A stretch of DNA of 64,000 nt, the filler included, from Octopus bimaculoides (taxonomy: Eukaryota): the NCBI RefSeq assembly GCF_001194135.2. It is 5 parts of 5 records of this genome, joined end to end, with 100 filler letters (N's around TTAATTAATTAA, not from the genome) between each part and the next. Parts side by side here need not be neighbours in the genome. Positions count along the whole stretch, not along the records: positions 1 to 12,542 come from NC_068986.1; 4 more parts are not named here. One strand, given 5' to 3'. The notes below the pieces were generated by a model. That model saw only the letters and a program-made list of their open reading frames with translations. It did no database searches and was not told where the DNA came from. Below, piece after piece: positions 1 through 11,690 of this stretch. Position numbers and translations under genes: made by a program. Positions within the stretch are counted from its first letter, which is position 1. Each line of letters opens with the position of its first letter.

Positions 1-234
1 TCTCTATTGGCAAGAAATAAAACTGAACAATGATATACATACATGCATACATACACACATAAGTACATACATCCATAAATACACTCATGCATACATGAAT
101 GCATACGTGAATACATACATACATACATACATACGTGAATGCATACATACATACATACGTAAATGCATGCATACATACATACATACATACATACATACAT
201 ACATACATACATACATACATACATACACACACAT
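1..234. repeat. (TACA)n/(CATA)n degenerate microsatellite
   Basis: Direct reading: long acat/taca tandem run, nearly pure at about 165-228. Confidence 0.9.
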
Positions 235-554
235 GGGTGTATACTTCAATATGTAAATGAAAAAGTGTGCTACATTTAACCTTCTCCGTCATTACCAATT
301 ATTTCACATTTACTCCTATTTGAACTTTCTAATATGGCAGTTCCAAAATTTAACATTTACAACTGGTGTTTCTTTCCGAAATCTTTCACCCATTTATCAA
401 AGATTATGTATTTTTGGCAGCAATTTATGTTAATAGAACCAAAATGTCAACAGCAAAATAACGGTACAGAAAAATATTAACAAACTCAAACTAAGATATT
501 TCTTTCCTGAATTATTTTCGTTTTTCTTGTCTGTTTCTTGTTTTATTAACTAGC

Positions 555-596
555 CTGAAGTCCTGATGGGGAATTACCATGAAAGGCTTAGTTCAG
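555..596 (+). ncRNA. Degenerate type I hammerhead ribozyme-like motif
   Basis: ctgaagtc-CTGATGG-ggaattaccat-GAAA-ggctta-gttcag. Outer ctgaa/ttcag pair; stem III resembles palindromic AGGCCT. A9 and stem II are mutated. Confidence 0.35.
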
Positions 597-815
597 CACA
601 TCGATCCGAGTAAAAATTTTTAAATGTAGTAGTTAATCTGTCATGTTTTTTGCCGCACTGCTAGCTTATAAGGACGTAAATAAACCTACACCGATTTCTA
701 AGCGGTAATGGGAGAAAGAAAACACAAGCATACACAACCATACTTTTCGTTTACTTCTATCAGTCATATAACTGCGGCGATGATGGAGCTCCGCCTTGAG
801 CTGGAGCATGCAAAG

Positions 816-842
816 ACACACATACACACGCACACACATACG

Positions 843-894
<52 letters not shown>
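816..894. repeat. (CA)n microsatellite
   Basis: Direct reading. Confidence 0.95.
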
Positions 895-897
<3 letters not shown>

Positions 898-1241
898 GTA
901 ATAACTTGATAAAACTCAGAGAAAAATATGTATACATATACATGACGATGAGTATNNNNNNNNNNNNNNNNNNNNNNNNNNNNNNNNNNNNNNNNNNNNN
1001 NNNNNNNNNNNNNNNNNNNNNNNNNNNNNNNNNNNNNNNNNNNNNNNNNNNNNNNNNNNNNNNNNNNNNNNNNNNNNNNNNNNNNNNNNNNNNNNNNNNN
1101 NNNNNNNNNNNNNNNNNNNNNNNNNNNNNNNNNNNNNNNNNNNNNNNNNNNNNNNNNNNNNNNNNNNNNNNNNNNNNNNNNNNNNNNNNNNNNNNNNNNN
1201 NNNNNNNNNNNNNNNNNNNNNNNNNNNNNNNNNNNATGTAT

Positions 1242-1472
1242 ATTCAGCGTGACAAAGAGTGTGACAAAGTTGACCCTTTGAAATACAGGTACAACAGAAT
1301 CAGGAAGAAAGAGTGAGAGAAAGTTGTGGTGAAAGATTGCAGCAGGGTTCGCCACCATCTCCTGCCGGAGTCTCGTAGAGCTTTAGGTGTTTTCGCTCAA
1401 TAACCACTCACAACGTCCGGTCTGGGAATCGAAACCACGATCCTACGACCGCGAGTCCACTGCCGTAATCAC
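1242..1472 (-). mobile_element. tRNA-derived SINE (family H)
   Basis: Minus strand reads ggcagtggactcgcggtcgtaggatcgtGGTTTCGATTCCcagaccgg (B-box tRNA head), followed by a non-tRNA body. Confidence 0.65.
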
Positions 1473-2099
1473 ATATATTTATCATGTATGTATGTATGCG
1501 TGTATTAATAAAAACGGTGTAATGTTTTTGATTATGAAAAACTGACTGAATCGAGAACAGCAAAAGAAAAGCGTTAATGACTGCGCGCGCACACACACAC
1601 ACATACACAGACATATAAACGCACACATGTACACATATAGGCATTTCCATTATTATTTTTGTTACTTTTTTCTTCCCCATGAAAAAGGTATTTTGGTTAT
1701 ATTTGTATTAACCAGCATCCATTTTTATTACTTTATAGCATTTCCCATTATTCGCTTCGATAATGTTTATGATCTGGGCGCATTTTTCATTAGGAACAAT
1801 AATTACTTGTATTAGTTTTTAATATATAATGAGATGGTGTTATATATCTCTGTCTAATTCACTATTAATGTCTCCAACTGATGGAAGTATGACAAATTCG
1901 GTGAATATAATAACAGAGAAGCAACGTTTCCTGTTAGCTGTTACAGCACCTGGACAAAGATAAAGTAGACGAGCGCAGAAAATCAGGGAATTATTTTAGC
2001 AGCCCTTTATGGAATTGCTGAAATAAATCCTTTAAATGAAGAAAAAATATCAATATACAGATAGAATTTGAATCCAGTGGCCAAAAAATGTTGGCAAAT

Positions 2100-2486
2100 T
2101 TAATCGGCAGCTTCGTTAGTAACGCCCTGAAGATCTTGAGGACATCAGATGGTAAGATCAGGTTTCCAACGAAGAGCTGCATGCGCACATGCATCAGCTC
2201 TCGGTCGCCCGCTTCATAGCCATCAGTTGTATGCTCTGGTACGGATATGTCTTCTACCTCCAGCCAGATTATCCAACCAGGGCCTTGCTCTTGTTCGACG
2301 CACCAGATGGCTGGACATGATAAAAGAAGGTCGCCAGAGGTACAACGTCTTCTTGAAGGATGCTGAGGGGCTGTGACGAGACCGCCAGCGATAAGATCAC
2401 TGGTAGAGCTAGTCGGCTCTACTAAAGATGACGCTTGTGGGACCACTAATCTGCGCCACCTAGCATGTTCATGAGTGAGCGAGTGA
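2100..2486 (+). mobile_element. RTE-clade LINE 3' fragment (pseudogenised)
   Basis: Hand translation gives IRW*DQVSNEELHAHMHQLSVARFIAISCMLWYGYVFYLQPDYPTRALL, then a frameshift to RTRWLDMIKE, typical of the RTE ORF C-terminus. Ends in a (TGAG)-like tail. Confidence 0.75.
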
Positions 2487-2635
2487 TGCTAAAAGACAAT
2501 TTTGAATTCAGGAAACATAAGAAGTCTTATAAAGTTAGCTTCTGTTAACAAGAAGTCTCTAACAATTGTACAATATGCAAAACAAATAAAGTACCCTGCA
2601 GCGATTTACAGAATCAAAAACATATATATATATAT

Positions 2636-2801
2636 AACAGGCTTCTTTCAGTTTCCGTCTATCAAATCCAACCACAAGGCTTTGGTTGGCCCGAAGCTAT
2701 TTTAGAAGACACGTGCCCCAGATGTCACGAAATGGGGTTGGCCTTGGAACCTTGTGGTTCAGAAGCAAACTTCTTACCACTCAGCCACGCCTGTGCTTAT
2801 A
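2636..2801 (-). mobile_element. SINE family A, 5' half (tRNA head + CORE-like domain)
   Basis: Matches the head of the full-length copy at 46277-46727 (cttcttaccac...ccac; ttagaagacac; cagtttccgtctatcaaatcc). Confidence 0.8.
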
Positions 2802-2835
2802 TAAATATTTCAGTAATAATTATAATGATAATTTA

Positions 2836-2838
2836 ATG

Positions 2839-2908
<70 letters not shown>
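2836..2908. repeat. (AAT)n microsatellite
   Basis: Direct reading. Confidence 0.95.
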
Positions 2909-2909
<1 letters not shown>

Positions 2910-3192
2910 TGAGCAATGCAGGTGAGAAATTAGGTACCATATGTAAGGTGATGACAATAATTTAGAAGGAAAAAAAAAGATATATTACTTTATAAGCAGT
3001 ATGTCGTTTGAAGGTCCTATAATATTTCGAGAAAGAATCCTCTTTTCAAATAGAAGGAAGAAAATAATCGTAGAATTGGGAGAAATGTGTTGCTAATGTC
3101 ATACCATTCTAGTGTGATATGAAGTTTGATGTTGCAAAGTCGTAATCTGCTCTGCGGCATCAATATTGTTTTTATCTTTCACAAATGCACAG

Positions 3193-3256
3193 TGATATTT
3201 GAGATAAAAGAAAATATTCAGGAAATATTGCCAACAACTAGAAATATTTGGAAGAG
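3193..3256 (+). CDS. Candidate internal exon, unknown gene
   Basis: Acceptor tttttatctttcacaaatgcacag, donor AG/gtgaga, open frame (V)IFEIKENIQEILPTTRNIWK. No recognised homology. Confidence 0.15.
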
Positions 3257-3963
3257 GTGAGAATAACTTTGGAGCATTTTAACATCTATGATGATAGGAT
3301 TTTTTTGTTTTTTCTTTGTCTAAATTGAAAAACTATTTTGTTTCCGTTTCCTTGTATCTCTTATGTTCCGATGTTACGGTTTACATATTTCAATTTTCGT
3401 TCTTTCATCTTAATTTTGTTCCTTTATTTTAGCTTTTTCCTAAGAACCGCCTGCCAACTTATTTTTCATTGTAGTTCATTCTTTTGCATTGGTGTATTTT
3501 ACGTAATTTATTGAAACTTTCTCTCTATTTTTGGCTCTGCAAGGAACTAAACAGTTGTCAACTTCCAAGAAAGAAAAGGCTCTGTGAGTTTTATATTTTT
3601 TTTATTTATTATTATTCTGAAGATCATAGCTTCAGAAGACAAAAACACGAAGTTGAAAGAACAAATATTATACATTACATTAACCAGCATACGATGAATG
3701 AACCAACAAAATGAAGGAAGATTATCAGAGGCCAGAAAATATTGACAAATATAAAGCATTTTGGCACACTACTAAAACATCGCTAACAAAATTCGGAACT
3801 TTCAAAAGAGCAAGTCAAAAAATTTTGTAAACCAACCAGCTCAGTAGCTTGTAGTTCGACGAACAAACAGGCTGGATTGTCCTTGTATTGTTTTTGGCTC
3901 TGCATTGGGTTATTATATTCAATAGTCGTACACTTCATGCTATATCCCCTGGGGATATAATAT

Positions 3964-4161
3964 TGTTATGTCTCAAGCTACTGCTAACAAGCACCTTCGG
4001 ATGATCTCTACTCAACCGCTACACAACTGCTTCTCGACTGCTACTCAACCGTTACTCAACTGCTACTCGACTGCTACTAAACACTCCTACCACGGCCAGA
4101 CTACCTCTATTTATATGTCTTGGGAGACCCTACTTCTTCGCCTGGGGGCGTCGACACAACA
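3964..4161 (-). mobile_element. 198-bp solo LTR with 5-bp TSD
   Basis: Starts TGTT and ends AACA; flanked by AATAT at 3959-3963 and 4162-4166; TATA-like atataaatag on the minus strand at 4107-4116. Confidence 0.7.
4008..4084. repeat. 11-bp minisatellite x7 (ctactcaactg) with 33-bp higher-order period
   Basis: Units ctactcaaccg / ctacacaactg / cttctcgactg / ctactcaaccg / ttactcaactg / ctactcgactg / ctactaaacac. Confidence 0.9.
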
Positions 4162-4628
4162 AATATGTAAAAGTGGAAAAACAAACAACAGAACAATAGA
4201 ATTGCCAAACAAACTACACCTCCTAATTTATTAGGAATTGACCGTAAAATAAGCATAAGCAAAATAAAAAATATCATTCAGGCTTAATATGAACAGGAGT
4301 CACTAAAGGATTTGCAGGAATAAAATTTTCTGCATCCCTCGATATATTAGGAAATAGTATTACAAGAAACCCTAATATATCTTTATAACTATGTTAACCT
4401 GTCGAGGGCTAACACCGACAGAATTATTTATAGCTATTAGCAGACGTATCATAAAGAAGTTGACAAGACATTCGTTTCGTTTGTTTACTGTCATTAACTT
4501 TCTGACGATCTTTAGAATAGTATCAAGTCTGCCAAACAGCGATAACCTAGATGCTCTACTTGAAGACGGTACGAAGGATCATGGAACACATGCATATATG
4601 CATATATAATCATATGCATACACATGAA

Positions 4629-4673
<45 letters not shown>

Positions 4674-4736
4674 CCATATGTGTGTCTGGAAGAGTGTGGT
4701 GTATGCTTCTATGTGTTATATGTATAGATGTAATCT

Positions 4737-4929
4737 TTTCTACTCTAAGTACAAGGCCTGAAATTTTGGGGAAGGGGGCCAGTCTATAAGATCGACCTCA
4801 GTACGCAACTGGTATTTAATTTATTGACCCCGAAAGGATGAAAGGCAAAGTCGACCTCGGAGGAATTTGAACTCAGGACATAGCCGCCGGCGAAATACCG
4901 CTAAACATCTCGTTTCTGCCAGCTCGCCG
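4737..4929 (-). mobile_element. SINE family B (Meta-like central domain)
   Basis: Reverse complement of ggcgagctggcagaaac...gagttcaaattcctccgaggtcgactttgcctttcatcctttcggggtcaataaattaaataccag; same family as 24098-24320. Confidence 0.85.
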
Positions 4930-5019
4930 ATTTATATGTAAAGACGTAATGTTTAAGTTAAAATACAGACTATGAAGTGGAAGAGCGTAGGATAGAGTGC
5001 CTCACATCATATCTTCCGG

Positions 5020-5100
5020 ATCTCCATGTTCTGCTTTCAAATCCCGCTGTGGCAACTTTTCCCTTTCATTCTTTCTGGGTCGATAAAAAAAGTACCGGTC
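5020..5100 (+). mobile_element. SINE family B fragment
   Basis: ttcaaatcccgctgtggcaacttttccctttcattctttctgggtcgataaaaaaagtacc. Confidence 0.6.
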
Positions 5101-5791
5101 CAAAGCAGTAGTGTAGTGGAATTGGTAGAGTATTAGATTAGATACCTTGTGGTATTTATTCTAGTCCTTACCTTTCTGACAGAAATGCATACGAGGACAG
5201 CGGTGCCAAGCTATGTCATTTCTTAAGGGCGGCTTTTTCTGTAACAATATTCATGGCTTGAAGAAGAGATACTTGTTGCAAGTAACGTAATGGGCGGAGA
5301 CGATAACAACAAGACTTTTCGCTTAGTAATTAAGACTAGTAAATCCATTTCAAAGTCACAACAACCTTCTGTGATAATCTCAATCTGCGAGAAATGAAAA
5401 CTAAATCTGTTGACCTTGACAACGATCTTGAAGAGCTTCCACCAATGTTTCATTCACAACAGAACACACTATTAATACTCGCTCGAACTATTTACCGTAT
5501 CATTGCTCTGACAATTTATTATACCATAAAGGATTTTCTTCTTTTAAACGGTTTCTCAGATTTAATTAAGCTAGAAATATCATTTACTCGACGATCTCAA
5601 CTTGTCTTGCGTTTCTACGCATTTGCATTACAATCACTGTCGTATGTAAAATAACCGACAATGAATAATTTTACGTTCACCATCAGAAATATTCTCGTAC
5701 AGACATACATATAAACATACATACATGCATACATAACTACATATACACATGCATACGTACAAAGACGCATGCATATGTATGCCCTCACTCT

Positions 5792-5849
<58 letters not shown>

Positions 5850-5959
5850 ATTTCTATTTCTCTCTCCTTCTCTCGCTCTCGTTCTTTTCGTCTGGGGATA
5901 CCATGTGATCACAACACATTTCCTTGTCATATGCTTTCCCCTCCTTCAATACTGCAATC

Positions 5960-6125
5960 GTCTTGCGAGAACCTGGTGATCTCACTAGTGCCGGTGCCAT
6001 GACAAAAGCACCTAATACGTTCTGTAAAGTGGATACTATTGGGAAGTGCATCCAGCTGTAGAAACCATGCAAAAGCAGACACTGGAACTGGAGTGGCTTT
6101 CGAACCGTTCAACACACCAGCTTCG
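5960..6125 (+). mobile_element. SINE family C fragment (V-domain-like)
   Basis: gtgccatgacaaaagcacc...ttgggaagtgcatccagctgtagaaaccatgc; second copy at about 60300-60410. Resemblance to the V-domain GGAAGGGCATCC motif is from memory. Confidence 0.55.
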
Positions 6126-6195
6126 AAAAGAGAAAAAGTTAATGATGATGCTGATGATGATAATGCTGACAATGAAGATTATGATAATTAATTAT

Positions 6196-6386
6196 CTTTT
6201 CTACTCTAGGTACAAGTTCAGAAAATGTTGTGGGGAGGAGGCAAGTCGATTACATCGCCCTCACTACTTCACTTGTACTTATTTTATCGACCCTGAAAGA
6301 ATGAGAAGAATATTTGAATGTAAGAACGGACAAAATGCCGCGAAGTATTTTGTCCGGCGTGCTAACGATTCGGCCCGATCGCCGCC
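6196..6386 (-). mobile_element. SINE family B (internal deletion)
   Basis: Tail ctttctactctaggtacaag, gtacttattttatcgaccctgaaag, head tttgtccggcgtgctaacgattc. Confidence 0.8.
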
Positions 6387-6436
6387 TTTAACAATGATGA
6401 TATCAATAATATATTCTTAATTTTATCATCATCATC

Positions 6437-6438
6437 AT

Positions 6439-6509
<71 letters not shown>

Positions 6510-6510
6510 T
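6437..6510. repeat. (CTA)n microsatellite
   Basis: Direct reading. Confidence 0.95.
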
Positions 6511-6523
6511 TAAGAATGATAAT

Positions 6524-6812
6524 ATATCGTGATTGTGAATAAAAAGAAAAATGTTTAATAATAGATGTTGCATGTTCCGACCATGACAGTATCGCAAAAA
6601 AAGGAGAATCAGGTCAGATACAAAGATTTGAAGTGGAAGGTAAAAAGACTGGTCATTGAAGAAGATAGGTGTTATACACGCTGTTGTATAGGTTTTCGGT
6701 ACAGCAAATAGGAAACTCACAAACAGGATTGAACAGATAAAAGCAAATGTGAAGATTGATTACTTACAGAAAACAGTATTGCTTGGGACTACACAATTCC
6801 TCCAGAGTTATA
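6524..6812 (+). mobile_element. R4/Dong-type LINE, RLE endonuclease C-terminal relic
   Basis: Frameshifted translation: IVIVNKK..CLIIDVAC..RYKDLKWKVKRLWSLKKIGVI..IEQIKANVKIDYLQKTVLLGTTQFL. Confidence 0.75.
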
Positions 6813-6829
6813 AAAACTTGAATGAAGCA

Positions 6830-7499
6830 TTTTATCTTAGTTCGCTGGTTGTGGACAACTGACACTTTTTTGCATTCTCCAATGAAGTCACTGCGTTAAG
6901 TAATAATAGGAAAATCCAATGGAAGCATCCTGGATTCTCTATACTCAAGGAATCCAGGCAAAGCAAGTCCACTGAGAAGCGCATGATGGCCCTTTTTGTT
7001 TTTGACAGCAAAGGTATCATCTACATCTTCGGGGTTCCCTCTGGCGAGACGGTCAGCAAATAGTACTTTGTGAATGTTTTGAAGGAGTTCAGGAAAATAT
7101 TTCATCGCAGAAGGGCCAGAGCTCTTTCACTCGGACCGGTAACACCTGCATCAGGACAATCCGCCGGTCCGCAGTTCCATCCTGGCAAGCAACTACTCGA
7201 CAGCAATACGCATTAAAACTGTCCCTTACCTCCAGACCGTGCTCCCTTTAACATTTGGTTGTTCCTCGAGATGAAGGCAGTCGTTTAGAAGACATTAAGA
7301 TGAAGGAAGGTGTGACAAAGGTCCTGGAAATCTTCCCTTTGGAAGACGTCCATGGGACTTTCACAAAGTGAATGGAGTGCTGCAACAAATGAATAGAAGT
7401 GAAAGGATCCTAGTTTAAGGAGATTACAATTTTGTACATCTTTAAAATAAATAAACGTCTCCCCTGAAAAAGTTTCAAAATTCGGTAAGGCACCATGTA
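6830..7499 (+). mobile_element. mariner transposon 3' half (pseudogene + right TIR)
   Basis: QWKHPGFSILKESRQSKSTEKRMMALFVFDSKGIIYIFGVPSGETVSK*YFVNVLKEFRK, then LHQDN and F(N/D)(I/F)WLF remnants; ends tcggtaaggcaccatgTA. Confidence 0.8.
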
Positions 7500-8154
7500 C
7501 AATATGAAAGAAAGGGAAGAAATATAATCTTCTGCTATACCTGAAAAATAATATATAGCTAATTCGTATACAACAAAAGATATCAGATTACGTTTATTGT
7601 TATATTTATCCAAGGTAAACGATATGCTTTGGTTATTTTGAAAGACTTTGACAGCAAAGAAAGCAGATATAAGGAAAGCAAAACGACACTTTAATGAAAA
7701 ATCACGAATTTTGCCAACTTTTACTATTTAGCAAAAATTGGATACGTACCTCGTTCCAGTCGTTACCCCGCGTAAGAAAATGTTACCGCGTAACTGGAAT
7801 TTTGATTTTTACTTTAAGTTTTCAAGTGTTTCGATAACACTTGGGAATTAGAAAATTCTAAATATAAAGATTAGACCTCGTGTTTTTGTCGAAGATTATT
7901 TCTGTGCGATATATTGATGATTTTGCAATACATTGTATTATTTGCGATAAGTTCATAATTTTATAATATTTGTATTTTACTTAGAATCGCATCAGTTTCA
8001 GATTATTCCGATCTACTTGCAGTTTTCTCTCAGATATTTCAGGAGGGAGTAAACCACGTGATCACCTCCAGGACAACGTGCACGCACACACTCACATATA
8101 TATTTATATATATATTTCCATATATGCATTTATGTAAATGTATATATGTGTGTG

Positions 8155-8210
<56 letters not shown>

Positions 8211-8949
8211 CGAATCACGTATGGATATTTTTTTTTTTATTTCGATATTGTTGTTGTTATTGTTGCAGCTATACTTCCGACACGACCTTGTTGGTGTCTT
8301 GAAAGTAATCAATGGCGGAAGAACTAAGATTCGGACACACATCAGTTGTGTCCGTTAGCAAGTTTTATTGACAACCACACATCGATCATTCGATTAGTTG
8401 TTGTTGTTGGTGGTGGTGGTGTTGTTGTTAGTTTTATCCATTTCTCTTTACTGTCCAACACATTATATTATATATATGTATATATGTATACATTGATATA
8501 TATATATACATATACATACATATATATATATATATANNNNNNNNNNNNNNNNNTATATGCTTCTCTCTTTGTATCTTATATTGGTTTGATCGGAAATATT
8601 TCAACAAGACAATAACTGTTGCCACTCTAGCAGATGTTGTGTGTGATGTGGATGTAGTGGAGGTTGGGTTGGGGGTTGGTGGTGAAAAAGACGAAGTGAT
8701 ATCGTTGTGGTGGCTGTGGTGATGGTGTTCATGGCAATGGTGGTGGTAGGAGGGTGTGGTGTGGTTATGTAGATAGTTACGAATTGTTGAGTAGGTTTTA
8801 TTATATATGTATTATTTTTTTTGTTTTTTTTTTTCAGTTTTATGACATAAAAATACGATACTTTCCTTTTCAATCAGACATTCATTCAAACACCACAACT
8901 GTGTAAACACAATGAATCTGTCAGTGCCGGCTTTTAAGATATATATACG

Positions 8950-8950
8950 T

Positions 8951-9007
<57 letters not shown>

Positions 9008-9074
9008 CAGATAGAGATAGGTACATACATACATACATACATACATACATACATACGTACGTACATACATACAT
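8950..9074. repeat. Compound (GATA)n-(CATA)n microsatellite
   Basis: Direct reading. Confidence 0.95.
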
Positions 9075-9491
9075 AACTTTCTTTATTGGCCACACAGGGA
9101 TGAACACAGAGGGGACAAATACAAATGTAGAATTTTTCTTTTCGAAAATGAAAAAGAAAAAAGGAAAAAAAGAGAAAAAAGTAAAATTCCGATCAAAAGG
9201 GGTCGAGAAACAAAAGGCGAACAAAAGGGATGGTGTATTATAGAAGAAATTTTTAACATGTAAGAAGCAAGATTAGGTTTATCCGTGGAAAGAAAAGCCT
9301 ATGGAAAAGACCACGGTAACCTCAGGCAGGGAGGGAATGAACACGTGAGAGCAAAGTACTCTCTCTCTCTCCCTCCTTTTTTGATTTGTAGGATCATGCT
9401 CAAAGTGGTTTCGTCATTCGCACGCACCATCTTTGCTGCATTCGCCCACCTTTTTTGGAAACTTTCACGAGACAAAACCTGCCTCTCCATT
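9075..9491 (-). mobile_element. L1/Tx1-like LINE 3' end (ORF2 C-terminus + T-rich 3' UTR + AATAAA)
   Basis: Minus strand MERQVLSRESFQKRWANAAKMVRANDETTLSMIL, long U-rich UTR, ending ggccAATAAAgaaagtt. The 5' part runs into an N gap. Confidence 0.55.
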
Positions 9492-10512
9492 NNNNNNNNN
9501 NNNNNNNNNNNNNNNNNNNNNNNNNNNNNNNNNNNNNNNNNNNNNNNNNNNNNNNNNNNNNNNNNNNNNNNNNNNNNNNNNNNNNNNNNNNNNNNNNNNN
9601 NNNNNNNNNNNNNNNNNNNNNNNNNNNNNNNNNNNNNNNNNNNNNNNNNNNNNNNNNNNNNNNNNNNNNNNNNNNNNNNNNNNNNNNNNNNNNNNNNNNN
9701 NNNNNNNNNNNNNNNNNNNNNNNNNNNNNNNNNNNNNNNNNNNNNNNNNNNNNNNNNNNNNNNNNNNNNNNNNNNNNNNNNNNNNNNNNNNNNNNNNNNN
9801 NNNNNNNNNNNNNNNNNNNNNNNNNNNNNNNNNNNNNNNNNNNNNNNNNNNNNNNNNNNNNNNNNNNNNNNNNNNNNNNNNNNNNNNNNNNNNNNNNNNN
9901 NNNNNNNNNNNNNNNNNNNNNNNNNNNNNNNNNNNNNNNNNNNNNNNNNNNNNNNNNNNNNNNNNNNNNNNNNNNNNNNNNNNNNNNNNNNNNNNNNNNN
10001 NNNNNNNNNNNNNNNNNNNNNNNNNNNNNNNNNNNNNNNNNNNNNNNNNNNNNNNNNNNNNNNNNNNNNNNNNNNNNNNNNNNNNNNNNNNNNNNNNNNN
10101 NNNNNNNNNNNNNNNNNNNNNNNNNNNNNNNNNNNNNNNNNNNNNNNNNNNNNNNNNNNNNNNNNNNNNNNNNNNNNNNNNNNNNNNNNNNNNNNNNNNN
10201 NNNNNNNNNNNNNNNNNNNNNNNNNNNNNNNNNNNNNNNNNNNNNNNNNNNNNNNNNNNNNNNNNNNNNNNNNNNNNNNNNNNNNNNNNNNNNNNNNNNN
10301 NNNNNNNNNNNNNNNNNNNNNNNNNNNNNNNNNNNNNNNNNNNNNNNNNNNNNNNNNNNNNNNNNNNNNNNNNNNNNNTATATATATGATGATGACTAAT
10401 GTAAAGCTAGCACACATCCGGATAGAGAGAAAGAGGGAAGAGAAAGAGGAAAGTAGCCTTCAGCCACTTACTCTAGTCATATAATTCTCTAAACAAAAGT
10501 AAATACCGAAAT

Positions 10513-10924
10513 TGTTATGGAGTAAATGAAAATGTCAGCGGGTTTTCTAATTTCAGACAAAGAGCCAGACATTAGATGATTTCATAATGACGATATATTC
10601 AACAGTCGTTGCACTCAAGTGACGTTAACTTTTAGACTTCACTAAGCAGAAGTTTAGATTAAACAGCATAAGTCTAAACAGAATATTTATTATTATGATA
10701 ATTTGGTCGGTGGTCAAATTAAACGGCCACCTCTCGGTGTCTTTCAGTATAAATGGCTCGATCCGCCGGAATTCTTCCTCTCTAGCTTCTGTATGTTTTG
10801 CCATTGGAACCTTAGCCACGAAGGCTGTAGCTTTTGGGTACCAGCTGGAACGAGACTGGGGCGTTTGGATACCAGCTGGAACGAGGCTGGGGCATTTGGA
10901 TACCAGCTGCACCGAGGCTGGAGC

Positions 10925-10925
<1 letters not shown>
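10513..10925 (+). mobile_element. Putative truncated LTR
   Basis: Starts TGTTATGG; TATAAAT at about 10747 followed by a pyrimidine-rich tract and tandem repeats; no CA end or TSD visible. Confidence 0.35.
10833..10925. repeat. 31-bp tandem repeat x3
   Basis: tttggRtaccagctg(g/c)a(a/c)cgagRctggRgc(g/a); ccagctg recurs at 10841, 10872 and 10903. Confidence 0.95.
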
Positions 10926-10964
<39 letters not shown>

Positions 10965-11041
10965 TACACACATACATGTATATGTATGCGTACATATGCA
11001 TACATATATATGTATGCATATGTATATATATATATATATTT

Positions 11042-11236
11042 CGCCATGATGGGTCGCTAGCCGCTACACATTCTTTATTTTCACTCCTTGTTTCTTTCTG
11101 TGTTCCTTTTTGTGGAAGAGCTTAGGCTCGAAACGTTATAGACTTTTTCACTTCCCGAGCGTTATACTAATACATCTGTTTGTTGTCTACACCACTTGCC
11201 TTCGTCTTTTGTTTTTTTTTTTTTGTGAATTCTCCC
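11042..11236 (+). mobile_element. Penelope-like pseudo-LTR fragment with degenerate hammerhead motif
   Basis: TTGTGGAA-GAGC-ttag-GCTC-GAAA-CGT-T at 11110-11137: perfect stem II, palindromic ACGT stem III, T-rich tail. C3 and A6 are mutated. Confidence 0.55.
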
Positions 11237-11690
11237 TATATATATATATATATATATATATNNNNNNNNNNNNNNNNNNNNNNNNNNNNNNNNNNNNNNN
11301 NNNNNNNNNNNNNNNNNNNNNNNNNNNNNNNNNNNNNNNNNNNNNNNNNNNNNNNNNNNNNNNNNNNNNNNNNNNNNNNNNNNNNNNNNNNNNNNNNNNN
11401 NNNNNNNNNNNNNNNNNNNNNNNNNNNNNNNNNNNNNNNNNNNNNNNNNNNNNNNNNNNNNNNNNNNNNNNNNNNNNNNNNNNNNNNNNNNNNNNNNNNN
11501 NNNNNNNNNNNNNNNNNNNNNNNNNNNNNNNNNNNNNNNNNNNNNNNNNNNNNNNNNNNNNNNNNNNNNNNNNNNNNNNNNNNNNNNNNNNNNNNNNNNN
11601 NNNNNNNNNNNNNNNNNNNNNNNNNNNNNNNNNNNNNNNNNNNNNNNNNNNNNNNNNNNTATATATATATATGTATGTATGTATGTATAG

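Noticed and set aside
5223-5654. Protein-like frames (WLEEEILVASNVMGG...; MKTKSVDLDNDLEELPP...)
   Set aside because: No splice signals or recognisable motif, and the frames do not join.
4008-10925. 11-bp and 31-bp repeat arrays as CRISPR-like
   Set aside because: Units are contiguous with no unique spacers, and the context is eukaryotic with no cas genes.
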